29,807 bases of DNA, from NCBI RefSeq assembly GCF_024256425.1, contig NC_071110.1, positions 2,508,274-2,538,080 of the forward strand, read 5' to 3'. This DNA comes from Clarias gariepinus (taxonomy: Eukaryota). Positions 1-11,992 of this stretch are shown in pieces. The stretch's first letter is position 1. Each line of letters opens with the position of its first letter. A model generated the notes under the pieces. It was given only the letters and a program-made list of their open reading frames with translations, did not search any database and had not been told where the DNA came from. A program made the position numbers and the translations under genes.

Positions 1-133
1 ATATACATAAACATGTTCAACTAAATTGAACCCCCTTTTTTTGTTTTTATTTTTTTGTGGAAGGTTAACAACCCGCCTACACCCTTTAGGCCAGATTCAG
101 AATAACTGGGTTTTATCTGGCGTCCATACCTGG

Positions 134-540
134 TTATGTAACCACCAGAGTTGGGCAGGTTAACAGTGTGGTTAGGTGTGTGTGTGTGTGTGTGTGTAAA
201 GTCATTGTGTGATGTAGTGTACTGTGGATCGGTGCCACATGTGGCTTAGTGCCATCATCAGAACAGCTGCTCCCAGGTTCTTTTGTGTCCAACAGGTGAC
301 GTCTGTTTGGTCTATAATCCTGCCCATCATCAGTATACACATAATATGATCCTTGAGTGTTGGCTGCTCTGACAATATCAGCTGGCTGTCGGTATCCATG
401 CTCTTGCATCCTAACTGCCTGTCCTTCCTTGAGCTGAAATAAGTGCTTAGCCCATCTGTCATAGTAGCACTTTTGGAGCTGTTGTTTATGCAGTCTCTTC
501 GCTCTGATATCTTTGTGGCTGATTTCTCTTTGGCAAGAGA
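134..540 (-). mobile_element. LTR-retrotransposon (Gypsy/DIRS-like) pol/integrase C-terminal fragment
   Basis: Minus-strand translation reads ...LQKCYYDRWAKHLFQLKEGQAVRMQEHGYRQPADIVRAANTQGSYYVYTDDGQDYRPNRRHLL. This resembles the conserved integrase C-terminal region (YYD..A, GD.V, V.T.DG...RRN..HL). There is no start codon context and the fragment is truncated. Confidence 0.35.
173..197. repeat. (GT)n microsatellite
   Basis: Uninterrupted GT dinucleotide run visible in the sequence. Confidence 0.9.
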
Positions 541-2329
541 CTCATCAACAGCTGAGCTGGGGATTTAAAACTATTAACATGGCTGTCGCGATATTCAGGA
601 GACTGAAGTATGGGTCACTCATGTCAGCCTTAAGCTTTTCCAGGAACATCTTTGCAGTCTGCGCATATTTTTCTGCCAATCCACGTTTTCGCAAATGTCT
701 CAAACTCACCCGAGCTGTACTAGGGGCTGCTATCTGAAATGTCAGCTTCTGGAACGCCATGTCGTGCAAAAGCAGCTTTTAGTTTTCACAGCAATTTAGT
801 TTGTGCTTGTGGTTTTAATGAAAATGGTGATAATAATTACCATATTATTATTATTACTACCATAATAATACTTTAAATGTATAATATTAATGTGGGTGTC
901 AAGAGTGCCTGAGTGTCCATGTACTGTATGGTGAAGAGAAAGATTTACACTCACTCTCATTAATTCTCTATTTCAAACCATACAAAAAGCAAATCAGAGC
1001 CACGTGGTGATACAAGTGGAATGTGCGCATGGTTCAGTAAAGATTAAACAATGGAAACAATTAAACACCTACACACTCCTTAGTTGCTGTGGTACACTAA
1101 AAAATTGCTGTTGAAAAAACAGCCACAATCTGACAGTAATGTACTGTTTTCCATTAAAGCAGTAATTTGCTGTAGAAAACAATGTATTCTGGGAAATATC
1201 TTGCACTTTTTATTAGTAGTCTTAATACGGTTATCTTCTGTATTTTGCAATGCATTGTGGTCTAGTCCTATTTGCTAATGTTTTAAATAACGGTACATTT
1301 CAGTATTTTTTGGGAAACTGATCGGAGTGTATACGTGCAAATCAAATCTGCTGATCAAATCTCATTACTGTTCTATTGAAGTAATTTGTTTTGTGTTATT
1401 ATCTTAAACATACCTTTTATAAGCAGCAATTTAAAAGATAATTTTCAGTCAAGTATAGGTAAACTTGCCGCAAACATCATTATTATTCATAAAGCTTTTA
1501 TTCTGAAGTCCTTCGTCCTTAACTCTGCGATTATCGGCATCTGCAGCAACAATCTGAACGGTAATTTAAACCTTTTTCTTTATTTTCTTGACTGTATTTT
1601 ATTCATAAAGGATGTACTATTAGAAGCAATGCCTGAAGATTATTCTTAGCAAGCTGTCAAGTTTGTGAAAATGTGTTTAGGAGGTACTTCAGTGTTGACA
1701 TGTGAGTGACATTTATATTTTTATAAATTGTCTTTTCAATATAAAATAGTGTTCATTGTTTCATGTTAATTGTTAACCATCATTATTAACGGAGATAATT
1801 TTTGGTGACTCCTGTTTAAAATGTGAGGGAGCAAATTGTTTTTTTGTACAGAATATATAAACAGATTTAATTTACTTGGTATATGATTTGATGTTTAGAT
1901 GCAAAGCTTTGTACAGGTAGTATAAAAAAACTGCTGTCAGTGTTGTCATCACAAAACCCTAGAAATTATCATGGCCTTGAATGTAACTTTTCTTAGAATT
2001 GATTAAATAGTGCATGTTAAAAATTATTTACTATTTAGTTATAGTTATATAAAAAAAAATTTCTGCTGAGCAGGTACTATAATGTGATCATATCATATAG
2101 TTAAGTATTTTTTTATTATATTTGATTTCTCTTTGGGCTAACCTTAAAATTCCATTAAAGTGTTAAGCAAACTGTGTTAATGTTAGGATGGGGTTGAGAC
2201 ATGTTTTTGTTAGGCAATGCTGTGTGAATATCACCTTACCACCTGAGTTGTTATTGTTGTTTGACAATTCTAGAGAAAGTTACTAAATTACTGCTTACAG
2301 TTATTTCGCAGTGGTACTCTGGAATAAAC

Positions 2330-3830
2330 CTGGAGAGAAACAATGAGCCAAGGAGTGATTACAGGTACAGTGCATGTGTCCCCCCACAGGACCTGTAGAA
2401 ACTAAATAACAAAATGTTACTCATACTGTACTGTTTGCTTATTACTATTACAGTTTTGTTATTATTACTTAACATTTTTACAATTTAAAATGCTTGTAAT
2501 GTTTTAACAATTTTTTATGTGTTGCCTTGGTTTGAGCAGCCGTTATTATGCAATTTAATGCAAAAAAAAAAAAATGCAATTACATGCTTCTGATATGCAA
2601 TTTAAGAATTATTTATAGATATTGTTTTTACTTTTTGAATTAAAATTTTTTGTTACATAACATTTTTCTGTGGCTCGCTCCTTGGGTCATTTTTTTTTCT
2701 CTACCTTTTAATTAAAGTTTTTGTTTTATATCCTTCCTGATGAGTTTATTGTATATTCTATAGATATTTAAAGAGCAATACTTTTCTACTTTTATTTGGA
2801 ATTTTTAATATAATAAGATTTATGTTGTAGATTTTTTTATTTATTTTATACCTCAAGTTATTTTATTACCAATTATACCTTTGTTTAATAAACAGAGAAA
2901 ATGAAAGTTAAACTCAGATAATCAGTTACGCATTTAATTTTTACAAAAAATTGCTGTAAAATAAATACTGGATGTATAAAATTACAGTAGATTGCTGGTG
3001 TGTGTGCTGCCAGTATATTCCTGTAAATTGTAAAAAAAAAAAAAAAAAAAAATACAGAAATATACTGTTTTATGTTTACAGTAATAAACTATAAAGTCAT
3101 TTAACTGTGCTGCCAGTAATCTACTGTTATTTAACAGGAAAATAATTTACAGTGTATCTATACAAATGCGTTTTCAGGCCTCCCCAGGTCTCAAAGGAGC
3201 AAGGACAAATGTAGACAGGGCACTAAATATTCATAACCAAAGGTATCATGCTTTATTCATTAATACTTGAGAAGGGGCCCTTTTGATGGAGCGACAAATA
3301 TATATTATACTGCAATCCCATAAGCTGGCACCCAAAAATGGAAAGGGACTATTAAGTTACCATACAGTAAGTTACAAGTGGGACTGTTTCTGTAAGGGCT
3401 GCCAGACTGGTAAAGTGGTGCTTCGATTTACATGACATTCTAAATCATATAGATCTACAAGGGGAGGTCGGGATCCAAGTGACTGGAAGGAAAAAGTGTA
3501 AAAGAAAAAGGTGTACAAACAATTGGGATGACAGTCTTAAGAAGATTCTCAAGCAAAGCTGATTCAAGAACTTGGGAGAGGTTCACAAGGAGTGGAGTGA
3601 GGCTACAGTCAGTGCATCAGGAGCCACCATGCACAGATGTCTTCATGAAATTGGCTACAATTGTTGCATCCATAGCATCAAGCCACTCCTGAACCAGAGA
3701 CAACTTCAGAAGTATCTCACCTATAGTAAATTTAACAATGATAAACACACACACACGGGACTGACCATAGAGAACATTTAGGGAAGAGAACCACAATGGT
3801 GCCGCACAAATCCTCCACTGCCTACACGTG
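2330..3830 (+). repeat. Copy A of a ~1.5-kb composite interspersed or segmental repeat; its 3' part carries a Tc1-like transposase N-terminal fragment
   Basis: Long stretches align by eye to 26780-27836 and 29172-29590, about 85-90% identical. Examples: acagtgcatgtgtcccc...ttacaatttaaaatgcttgt...; tttctgtggctcgc.ccttgggtcatttttt; gggctgccagactggtaaagtggtgcttc. The poly-A at 3030-3055 and the (TA)n at 26962-27022 are copy-specific microsatellite differences. Confidence 0.7.
3460..3830 (+). mobile_element. Tc1/mariner transposase N-terminal fragment (degenerate)
   Basis: ORF 3572-3781 translates to ...SGATMHRCLHEIGYNCCIHSIKPLLNQRQLQKYLTY, the Tc1-like HTH/N-terminal motif (cf. ...TVHRRLHELGY..R.PLL...). 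A near-identical copy lies at 29205-29590. Confidence 0.6.
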
Positions 3831-4269
3831 ACATGCTCTGCTGTGTTAAACAAATAAATCTCTCCTTTTATACCAAATTTTAAGCAACTACAAGTTTTTT
3901 GGATTAAACAAACAAGCAAAATCACAATGAACATTAAGACTTACATATTGCAAGGTGGCTATTGTCCATATTATCTATCCAGGATACAGTGGATCCAGTA
4001 TATAAAGTTGTGTATTTAAATGCACTTACAGCAAAGTTACACACCAGCTGGAGCATTAAAGAATGAGTGAGGGCAGTGACTTAGTATTATCCAAGCAGGG
4101 AAACACAAGTCAATTTTACAGTGGCTGATCCACATTGTAAATATTTTAAAGATTTTTTCCATTCACATCAAATTACAATGCAGAAAACTTCAAAATTTAG
4201 ATTTTTGAAATGTGCAAATATTGATATTTTTTATGTCATATGTGGAAATCATTTATGGTAAATCAAAAT

Positions 4270-4287
4270 GGGGGGGGGGGGGGGGGG
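4270..4287. repeat. G18 homopolymer
   Basis: 18 consecutive G residues. Confidence 0.9.
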
Positions 4288-4779
4288 TAGTGGAACTGAC
4301 TACCCAGGGCCCTAGTGACAGAGGGCCCTTGGAAACCTGGAATGAAATATGAAAAATATGGATTTGGGTGATTTGGCTAGTGGCTGCTAAACATACCAAC
4401 TGGAATAAATACAGTCACATGCATTTGTTGTATCACTTGTAACTCTGCAATGATAAAATCTATCATTTTATACAGGTAACGTGTACTGTATGTTTAGCAT
4501 TAGAGGAAATGTCTGGGCGTGCACAGAGGAACGTTGTGTGCATGTACAGTGTGTGCAGAATCAATGCCCTTATTTTCAGGAACTCAAGCTTTACTAAAGA
4601 GTTGATCTTTTTTTGGGCATTCATTTTGATATGTTCAACTTAAACAATAATCTGGTTTTCCGCGAACTTATAAGAAGGTAATAATAATAATAGTAATATT
4701 TCTTTCCATTATTATGATATTTACAGGCAACAGAATAATTTTCTTGTGTTGATATAGTAGTCACCACTGGATTAAAATA

Positions 4780-5040
4780 GAATTATTTTTTACCACATAG
4801 GTTTCTATAGCATTGATTAGTTTTGTTTTGTGCCACTAAGTAATGAAAAACCTACTGCAACCTCATAACATGATTTATTTCATGCCAGGGCATGAAAGCG
4901 TGGTATGTGTTTGGGCTAAAATATTAACCTCCCATGTGAACCGAAATAAAGAAATCTGGCATCTACATTGTCAAAACCACAGCTTCCTGCAGCAGCTTCT
5001 CTGACAATCCACATGATGAAACAAATCAACAGATTGTTGG
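4780..5040 (-). pseudogene. Duplicated, degraded copy of the katnal1 DDIADL...PWKG exon plus flanking intron
   Basis: Nucleotide similarity to 8440-8710. Compare ggaagctgtggttttgacaatgtagatgccagatttctttatttcggttcacatgggagg with gggaagctgtggttttgccaatgtggatgccagattttttcaagggcattcggcacccatggaagg. The flanking intronic blocks also match (...agcattgattagt.ttgtt.tgtgccact...ctactgcaacct.ataac). The reading frame is not preserved. Confidence 0.55.
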
Positions 5041-5201
5041 AGATCATTTTGGCATGAAACGCGAAATTCCTAAATTCTCCCACAAGACCTCACTTCTCTG
5101 ATCCTTGCACTGACTGATAAATGCTCGCAACAAATTCAAAACACTGATGCTTGCCTGAAAAGCTACTTTAAAAACAGTTAAGCACCCACTTACCACTCAG
5201 C

Positions 5202-5426
5202 TCAATCACACCTCGCACCGCAACACGTTCCCTCTGGTTCTCCAGCACTGCTCAACTGATCCCTCCGTCTGTCAGGGATCGAGGAAGACATGGGCTGTTT
5301 ACTTCTAGACAGCTGTGTCACTGGCAATCTTAAAGCAATGACTAAAGACCCACAATGTAACCTTGGATTGCGAGCATAATTCTTTCCAGAAGCGTGTTCA
5401 TATATCACATGACACTCGTAAATCAA
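5202..5426 (-). pseudogene. Possible highly diverged katnal1 C-terminal exon remnant
   Basis: The ORF reads ...LPVTQLSRSKQPMSSSIPDRRRDQLSSAGEPEG. It aligns loosely to katanin ...[27 protein letters not shown], sharing T, R, M, RRR, Q, L and EE. The similarity is weak and could be chance. Confidence 0.15.
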
Positions 5427-6327
5427 AGCAAATTTCCCCCATAAGAAATAATGAAATCCAGATTATTCGTTCCACAGCCAAAAAATAAATAAATACATAC
5501 CAATAATTAATACAAAACATAAAGTAAAAACAAAACAAATTAACCTGCACTTACCTTAGTAACCTTAGTAGAAGGTTAAAGAACTATTTTCTCTCTCTCT
5601 CTCTCTGTCAGCCTCTCGGTGTGTGCACACTTCATTAGACTCTGTGCCCCTCCCCTCCACACACATTTTTTATTGGGAAAATAAACAAGAAATTTTTCTA
5701 ATAACACTCGAGTGCGCATACACACTAACAGGATCTCTGCTTTAAAGTAAAAATAAAACAAATTAACCTGCACTTTACCTTTGAAAAGAATCACGACAGA
5801 GCAGTGTTTCCGTTAGAGTGTGTGTGTGTGTTTGTGTGTGTAAAGGGTGGAGGAGGAGGAGAACATTAGCTCGGTTGTGATCATGTGACACTCGCCTCCA
5901 AAAACAAGAAGCGCATGTTTGCCACAGGATACTTGGTATTTATTTAAAAAATTTGCTCGTCTTGCGGAACATTTGCAAACCGGGTAACTCACAATCCGAG
6001 GTTCCACTGTATATTTCTTAGATATTTAGGTTAATCGTTCTTAAAAGATTTTTAAAAAAAAACCCTACCAAGAGTGTTTGCCTGATGTTACTTAGTCAGT
6101 AACCTAGTAATTGGTGTAACTTTAAAGCACTTTTGTAAGTCGCTCTGAACAAGATAATGTATATTGATAAAGTATCTCAACGTCTAGTATGGGCTTCAAC
6201 ATTATACTAATTTAATACTGTCATCCTCATAATAAAGATTATAAAAAATCTCTCTACAAGCATCTACTAAGTTATACAAAACATCATATATATAAAAGCT
6301 ACATTGTTTGAGACTATTTTTATTCTG

Positions 6328-6521
6328 TTTACATTTAGGCATTTGGCAGACGCTCTTATTCAGAGCGACTTACATTTTTATCTCATTACACATCTGAGCA
6401 GTTGAGGGTTAAGGGCCTTGCTTAAGGGCCCAACAGTGACAACTTGGTGGTTGTGGGGTTTGAACCTGGGATCTTCCGAACCGTAGTCCAATGCCTTAAC
6501 CACTGAGCTACCCCTGGCCCC
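6328..6521 (-). mobile_element. tRNA-derived SINE (teleost family), reverse orientation
   Basis: Reverse complement of the tRNA-like head ggggccag.ggtagctcagtggttaaggc.ttgg...ggttcaaaccccacaaccaccaagttg.cactgttgggccctt.agcaaggcccttaaccctcaactgctcagatgtgtaatgagataaaaatgtaagtcgctctg...gccaaatgcc.aaatgtaaa. The same family occurs at 25401-25600. Confidence 0.75.
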
Positions 6522-6609
6522 ATTCTGTTAATCTGCACAAAAAGAGAGTCCTCAGTCGATATTAGTATTTTTGGACAAGACGTATTAATTCATATTAATA
6601 AGACACTGC

Positions 6610-7110
6610 AGGACTATCTTTACGCTGTACCTCAGACTTCAGACACTGCTCACAATTTTGCCATCTGCAGAAGTTCTCGGATGATTCTGCTGTCGTGGGC
6701 TGTATCAGGAGAGGCCGAGAGACTGAGTACTGGAGTGTTTTGTGAAGTGGTGTGAACTAAATCACCTGCAGCTCAATGTTTTAAAAAGAGCTGGTGGTTG
6801 ATTTTAGGAAGCAGAGGACCATCCCTAACCCCATAAACATCATGGGCAATAAGGTGGACGTTGTGGACAGCTACAAATACCTAAGTGTTCACATTGACAA
6901 TAAACTGGACTGGTCAAAGAACACTGCTGTTTACAAAAAAGGTCAGAGTCGCCTGTACTTTCTCAGAAGAATTGGGTCCTTTAATATATGCAGAACCATG
7001 CTTCAGATGTTCTACTATTCTGTGGTCTCCAGCATTATCTTCTCTGCTGTAGTCTGTTGGGGTAGCAGATTAATACCAGTGGCATTCAAACTCTATAACT
7101 CTTCCCCCTT
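6610..7110 (+). mobile_element. Non-LTR retrotransposon (L2/CR1-like) RT C-terminal fragment
   Basis: Translation reads KFSDDSAVVGCIRRGRETEY...VVDFRKQRTIPNPINIMGNKVDVVDSYKYLSVHIDNKLDWSKNTAVYKKGQSRLYFLRRIGSFNICRTMLQMFYYSVVSSIIFSAVVCWGS. This is the conserved FADDT...VDFR...LGV.I...L.W......KKAQQRL.FLR tail of fish LINE ORF2. It is interrupted by stops and truncated. Confidence 0.7.
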
Positions 7111-7600
7111 CATTTGGGAGCTGTCATGACAGCATTATCAATAGAGCTTTATCATGCCCTGATACATTGTGCAAAATTAGTATCACAATAATAATAACAT
7201 CATATGCAAAACCAATAATTATGCAAGATTATAAAAATCAAGTGCAATATCATACGGTGTGCAATATTAATATCACTATTACTCTCTATATGCAATATCA
7301 AATATTATGTGCAATATATATCCTGGGTGCAATAATATACATGTACAATACACAAAAGAGGCAATTCTGCACTTTTCTATACAATCAGTAGTGCTTTTAT
7401 TTATTTATATATATTTATTCTATTTATATCAGTTTTTGACATTATAGTACATTTTATTTTATTTTCTAATTTTTTTTATTTCCCATCCTATTGTATTTGT
7501 ATTTTTTAAATATGCAGCTACTGGAGAAACAATTTCCTTCGGGATTAATAACGACTTTTCTTATCTTATTTTTTGCTTTATCTTATTTTTTCTTATCTTA

Positions 7601-7822
<222 letters not shown>

Positions 7823-7868
7823 CTATCTAAAAAGCAACTAAATTTCTATCTGATGATCTGTTTCTCAC

Positions 7869-7995
7869 CATCCATCTGGACCAAAAGCTCTGACTTCACT
7901 CTCCGGCTTGCTTAGTGTTCATCTGATGTGCCACGTCTTCCACAAATGGAGTCAATTTCATCAATAAATATAGTGGTGGGGGCATAAAATCGAGC
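7869..7995 (-). CDS. katnal1: katnal1-like exon: [41 protein letters not shown], carrying an in-frame TAA
   Basis: Matches katanin ...[43 protein letters not shown]. The acceptor is tttaacag|GCTCGA and the donor GATG|gtgagaaa. The codon for the conserved Glu (DEH-E-ASRR) reads TAA; the plus strand has cttagtgttc at 7911-7920. Confidence 0.65.
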
Positions 7996-8169
7996 CTGTT
8001 AAACAGAACAGTGGTTGTCAAAAAGGTGTCAAGAACTCCCGGAAAACAAACGGGTACTTAAATTAATTAGGCTTAATCCTCTCTGTTTTAAACTTTTAAA
8101 TAACATTACAAAGAAGATTAAAGTGAATTTAAAAGACTCATGGACATTAACAGCGTATGACTTAATCAC

Positions 8170-8377
<208 letters not shown>

Positions 8378-8557
8378 TCAATAGGATAGGGCAATTATTA
8401 TGTAGAAGACCTATATGGAAAAACCACACTAATCACCAATGGATTCAAATATATACAAGTTTTACTATATTGGTTGCCACAGCATTGATTAGTCTTGTTT
8501 AGTGCCACTGACTTATAAACATACTACTGCAACCTGATAACCTGATATTTCATGTCA

Positions 8558-8764
<207 letters not shown>

Positions 8765-8996
8765 TTAATGGCAGCCAACTGCACCAAATAATACACCTAT
8801 TCCTGAAAGGTCTAGATCTAATCGAATCAGAAAAATCCACAAGACAAAACAAGTCTACAGACAGCTGGATATCATTTTGTCATGTACTATTCAGGAATGT
8901 TGTGAATATCCGGTTCTCCTAATTCTTTATTTGATAATGTACCCTAGCTTCTAGTTTGGGCTATAACATGATATTCATTTAATATTGACAACCAAA

Positions 8997-8997
8997 C

Positions 8998-9033
<36 letters not shown>

Positions 9034-9041
9034 CATCTTTC
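8997..9041. repeat. (AAT)n microsatellite
   Basis: 15 tandem AAT units. Confidence 0.9.
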
Positions 9042-9540
9042 TCAAGCTTCTACTGAGTTACACATATCAGATGTGTAAACGCTACATTCTTCAAGACAAT
9101 TTTTATTTTCTATAAATGATGTTGTCATTTAATACGTGTCTGCTAATATAAAACCTGCTCAAGGAACAAACCCCTAATCTAGGATTTAAGCTGTTTGCTT
9201 TCATAGAAAAATGCCTAAAAAGCATTACCTACATGAAGGTATAACTACTACACCCTAAGTTAATACATTTACATAAGATTGCTGCTTATGAGTTTTATGG
9301 TTAACACAGTCCAGATTTTTTTATTTTTTTATACTGCTGTCCATGTCTAAAGAGAGTTCTCATATAACTCCAATATATTCTACAGAAGTGACAGCAGTCA
9401 AGTACAAAGGAATCAGAATATAAATAACAATGAGTAGATTACAGTAGTACAGATTACAGTAGTTAACCACAATAAATGCCATGAATTTTAACAAAGCATC
9501 ATAATGCAAAAACCCTTATGGAAATTGTTTAACAGTGTAA

Positions 9541-9670
9541 TTGCATTATATTCTTAGATTGTGTATTTTGTACTGTACAGTTATTTTATTTTAATTTTAT
9601 ATTTTATTTTATTCTTTCTTACTTAAACTTACCCTTTATTTTATTTTTCATATTTATTTCCAATTTATAA
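9541..9670 (+). repeat. AT-rich ~130-bp repeat, copy 1 (paired with 11330-11480)
   Basis: tgtgtattttgtactgtacagttattttatttt.aattttatattttattttattctttctta.ttaaacttaccctttattttatttttcatatttatttcc recurs almost identically at 11362-11470. Confidence 0.7.
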
Positions 9671-10385
9671 TCAGTAATAGTCAGAACAAAAATAGCAGAA
9701 CATCGTATAATTTCTTTTAGGCTTTCCTTGCTTTGAGGATTAGGGCAATTAAACCTTGTTTTATACTTGTCATAAATTCTTCCCTGTCTATTCACTCTTT
9801 TAATGCATTGATGAGTACATTTTCAATTCTTCCAAAAGGAAAAAAGGAGAAAAAAAGCAAAGCCAAAACCTTTTTAATCATCTTTTAGAATGTCTTTTCC
9901 AGTGATATGAAACAGATACCTAGAGCCTTTAGTGAAACTAACTTTCCTTTATTCATTTTCATATAACACAGGGATGTTCAGAAAATGGTTGCTTTCATGA
10001 AACAGAAAGTTTTGCTGCCACAGCCTCAATAAACTTTTCATTCTCTTTTATCATACCACTAATTTACCATAGAACCTTGCTTCTCTTGCTAGAAGATGCT
10101 GTTGTGGCTAAATGAGCAAAGCCCCACAACTACTGTACATTCCAAAATTCAAAGGAAATCGTTCCCTGTTTTGTCGAGATTGTTTTAACTGAAATATAAA
10201 TCTGGACTCTTAAGAAAAATCACATGAGGGCATGATGGTCAGGTGTCGATAAACATTTTTACATACAGTATAGTGTAAATGATAATGTAACCACAATAAA
10301 ATTACATTAGTATTACAGAATTTGGCACTGTTGCTTAGGGAAAAAATAAATCTGAAGCTCTAGTTATTTTCCCCCCAAAACCATT

Positions 10386-10912
10386 TCATTTATTATCACA
10401 TAACCTTGTAGTTGAGTTAGTACCCATACAGAACCCAGCATACAGAGGCTGAGTGAATGTGGTGCGCACTCTGTGGAGGAGCCTCATTGTGTAAGAGACA
10501 CTGTAGAAGGACAGAGTTCCAGCATTGTAATCTACATACACTCCTATTCTGGAGGACGCTGGACCTCGGAGCTCAGTCTCAATGCTGTTGTGCCGGAAAG
10601 ATACAGAGGAAGAAAAACACCTCAGACTCCAGGACTGACTGTTGAATCCAAACACACACTCATCACCCTGTCCTTTCCTGCTGATCCCTTGATATGAGAC
10701 TGATATTAACACACCATCACCGCTCCACTCCACCTCCCAGTAACAGCGTCCACACACACTCTCCTTACACAACACCTGAGACCAGGAGTCAAATCTCTTC
10801 GGATGATCAGAGTATTGCTGTCGTGTCCTAATACGTGTCACCGATCTGTTCTTCTCAGACAGAATGAGTTCATAATTTGCTGTTTTGGGATCCAGAGTCA
10901 GATAACGGAAAT
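10386..10912 (-). CDS. Orphan B30.2/PRY-SPRY exon (finTRIM-type terminal exon) with its own stop codon; no upstream RING or coiled-coil exons found
   Basis: The ORF reads ...FRYLTLDPKTANYELILSEKNRSVTRIRTRQQYSDHPKRFDSWSQVLCKESVCGRCYWEVEWSGDGVLISVSYQGISRKGQGDECVFGFNSQSWSLRCFSSSVSFRHNSIETELRGPASSRIGVYVDYNAGTLSFYSVSYTMRLLHRVRTTFTQPLYAGFCMGTNSTTRLCDNK*. It has the classical LDPNTA, CYWEVEW and LSF motifs. The acceptor ttttag|ATTTCC and its phase match those of exon 6 of the upstream ftr gene, to which it is about 75% identical. Confidence 0.7.
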
Positions 10913-11329
10913 CTAAAACAATAAAATGACCACAGGTTGGATTTAAATTTTTATAATAAATATGTGTGAGAGTGTACTCATGCTCTGTATAAAACACTTG
11001 CGATACGGGCTCTTAATCAGTACACCACACAGTACTGATCCATTTTGCACATCACAAATATGTTTTTTGCAGTCACTCTGCACATTCTGGACATTCGTTT
11101 ACACTAGTGGTCACTGCACAACTACACTTCCTGGTCATTAGTTAAATCACTCTATCACAAGTCACTTTAAATAAATCACTTTCGAGCATATTTGCACGCA
11201 CAAGACACTTTAAATATGTGGATTGCACAGCCCCTGGACATTACCATTTTTATTACCATTTATATCTAACTTTATTTCACACAAAAATTCCTAAAAATCT
11301 ACATCTACTTTGTACAGCTGTTTTTCTTA

Positions 11330-11480
11330 TTGTTCCATATTTTTTTCATATATTTTCTTATATTGTGTTTTTTGTACTGTACAGTTATTTTATTTAAATT
11401 TTATATTTTATTTTATTCTTTCTTAGTTAAACTTACCCTTTATTTTATTTTTCATATTTATTTCCTATTTATAGTTTTTT
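11330..11480 (+). repeat. AT-rich ~130-bp repeat, copy 2 (paired with 9541-9670)
   Basis: See 9541-9670. The orientation is direct. Together the two copies flank the orphan B30.2 exon. Confidence 0.7.
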
Positions 11481-11559
11481 ATTTTAAGGTCATGAGCAGT
11501 TGTCAAAGCATTTTACTGCATACACATTGTACTGTACACATTGGCGGCATGGATTCGAT

Positions 11560-11880
11560 TCCTGGCCATCTCAATTCCCGTCTCTGTGTGCATGGAGTTT
11601 GCATGGTCTCTCTGTACTTGATGGGTTTCCTCCGGGTACTCTGGTTTCCTTCCACAGTCCAAAACCATGTAGGTTAGGTTAATTGGCGTTTCTTAAATTG
11701 CCAATAGTGTGTGAATGAGTGTGTGAGTGTGTGTATGTCTGTGTGCCCTGCAATGGATTTGCACCCTGTCCAAGATATACCCCGTCTCGTGCCCTAATTT
11801 TCCTGGGACAGGCTTCAGGTCCCCGCGACCCTGAATACAGGATAAAGTGGTATACAAGATGAGTGAGTATAGATAAAGCA
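11560..11880 (+). repeat. Widespread teleost interspersed repeat fragment
   Basis: ...ggtttcctccgggtactctggtttccttccacagtccaaaaccatgtaggttaggttaattggc...gtgtgaatgagtgtgtgagtgtg...gccctgcaatggatttgcaccctgtccaagatataccccgtctcgtgccctaattttcctgggacaggcttcaggtccccgcgaccctgaatacaggataaagtgg is a sequence common in fish introns. Related pieces lie at 15770-15900 and 16900-16990. Confidence 0.6.
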
Positions 11881-11902
11881 CACAATGTGATTTTGGCTGA
11901 AA

Positions 11903-11907
<5 letters not shown>

Positions 11908-11948
<41 letters not shown>

Positions 11949-11949
11949 T

Positions 11950-11989
<40 letters not shown>

Positions 11990-11992
11990 TGT
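11908..11992. repeat. Compound microsatellite (ATT)n-(GT)n
   Basis: (TTA)13 followed by (GT)18. Confidence 0.9.

Noticed and set aside
545-769. 74-aa minus-strand ORF (MHDMAFQKLTFQIAAPSTARVSLRHLRKRGLAEKYAQTAKMFLEKLKADMSDPYFSLLNIATAML...) and the overlapping plus-strand ORF
   Set aside because: It could be a further piece of the LTR-element pol fragment at 134-540, but I could not match it to any integrase or RT motif. It is left uncalled.
10457-10697. Plus-strand ORFs of 62 and 74 aa
   Set aside because: They are antisense to the orphan B30.2 exon and have no recognisable similarity.
11330-11682. Plus-strand ORFs of 115 and 60 aa (MFHIFFIYFLILCF...)
   Set aside because: They lie entirely within the AT-rich repeat and interspersed-repeat sequence, and the Phe/Ile/Leu-rich translation is an artefact of low complexity.
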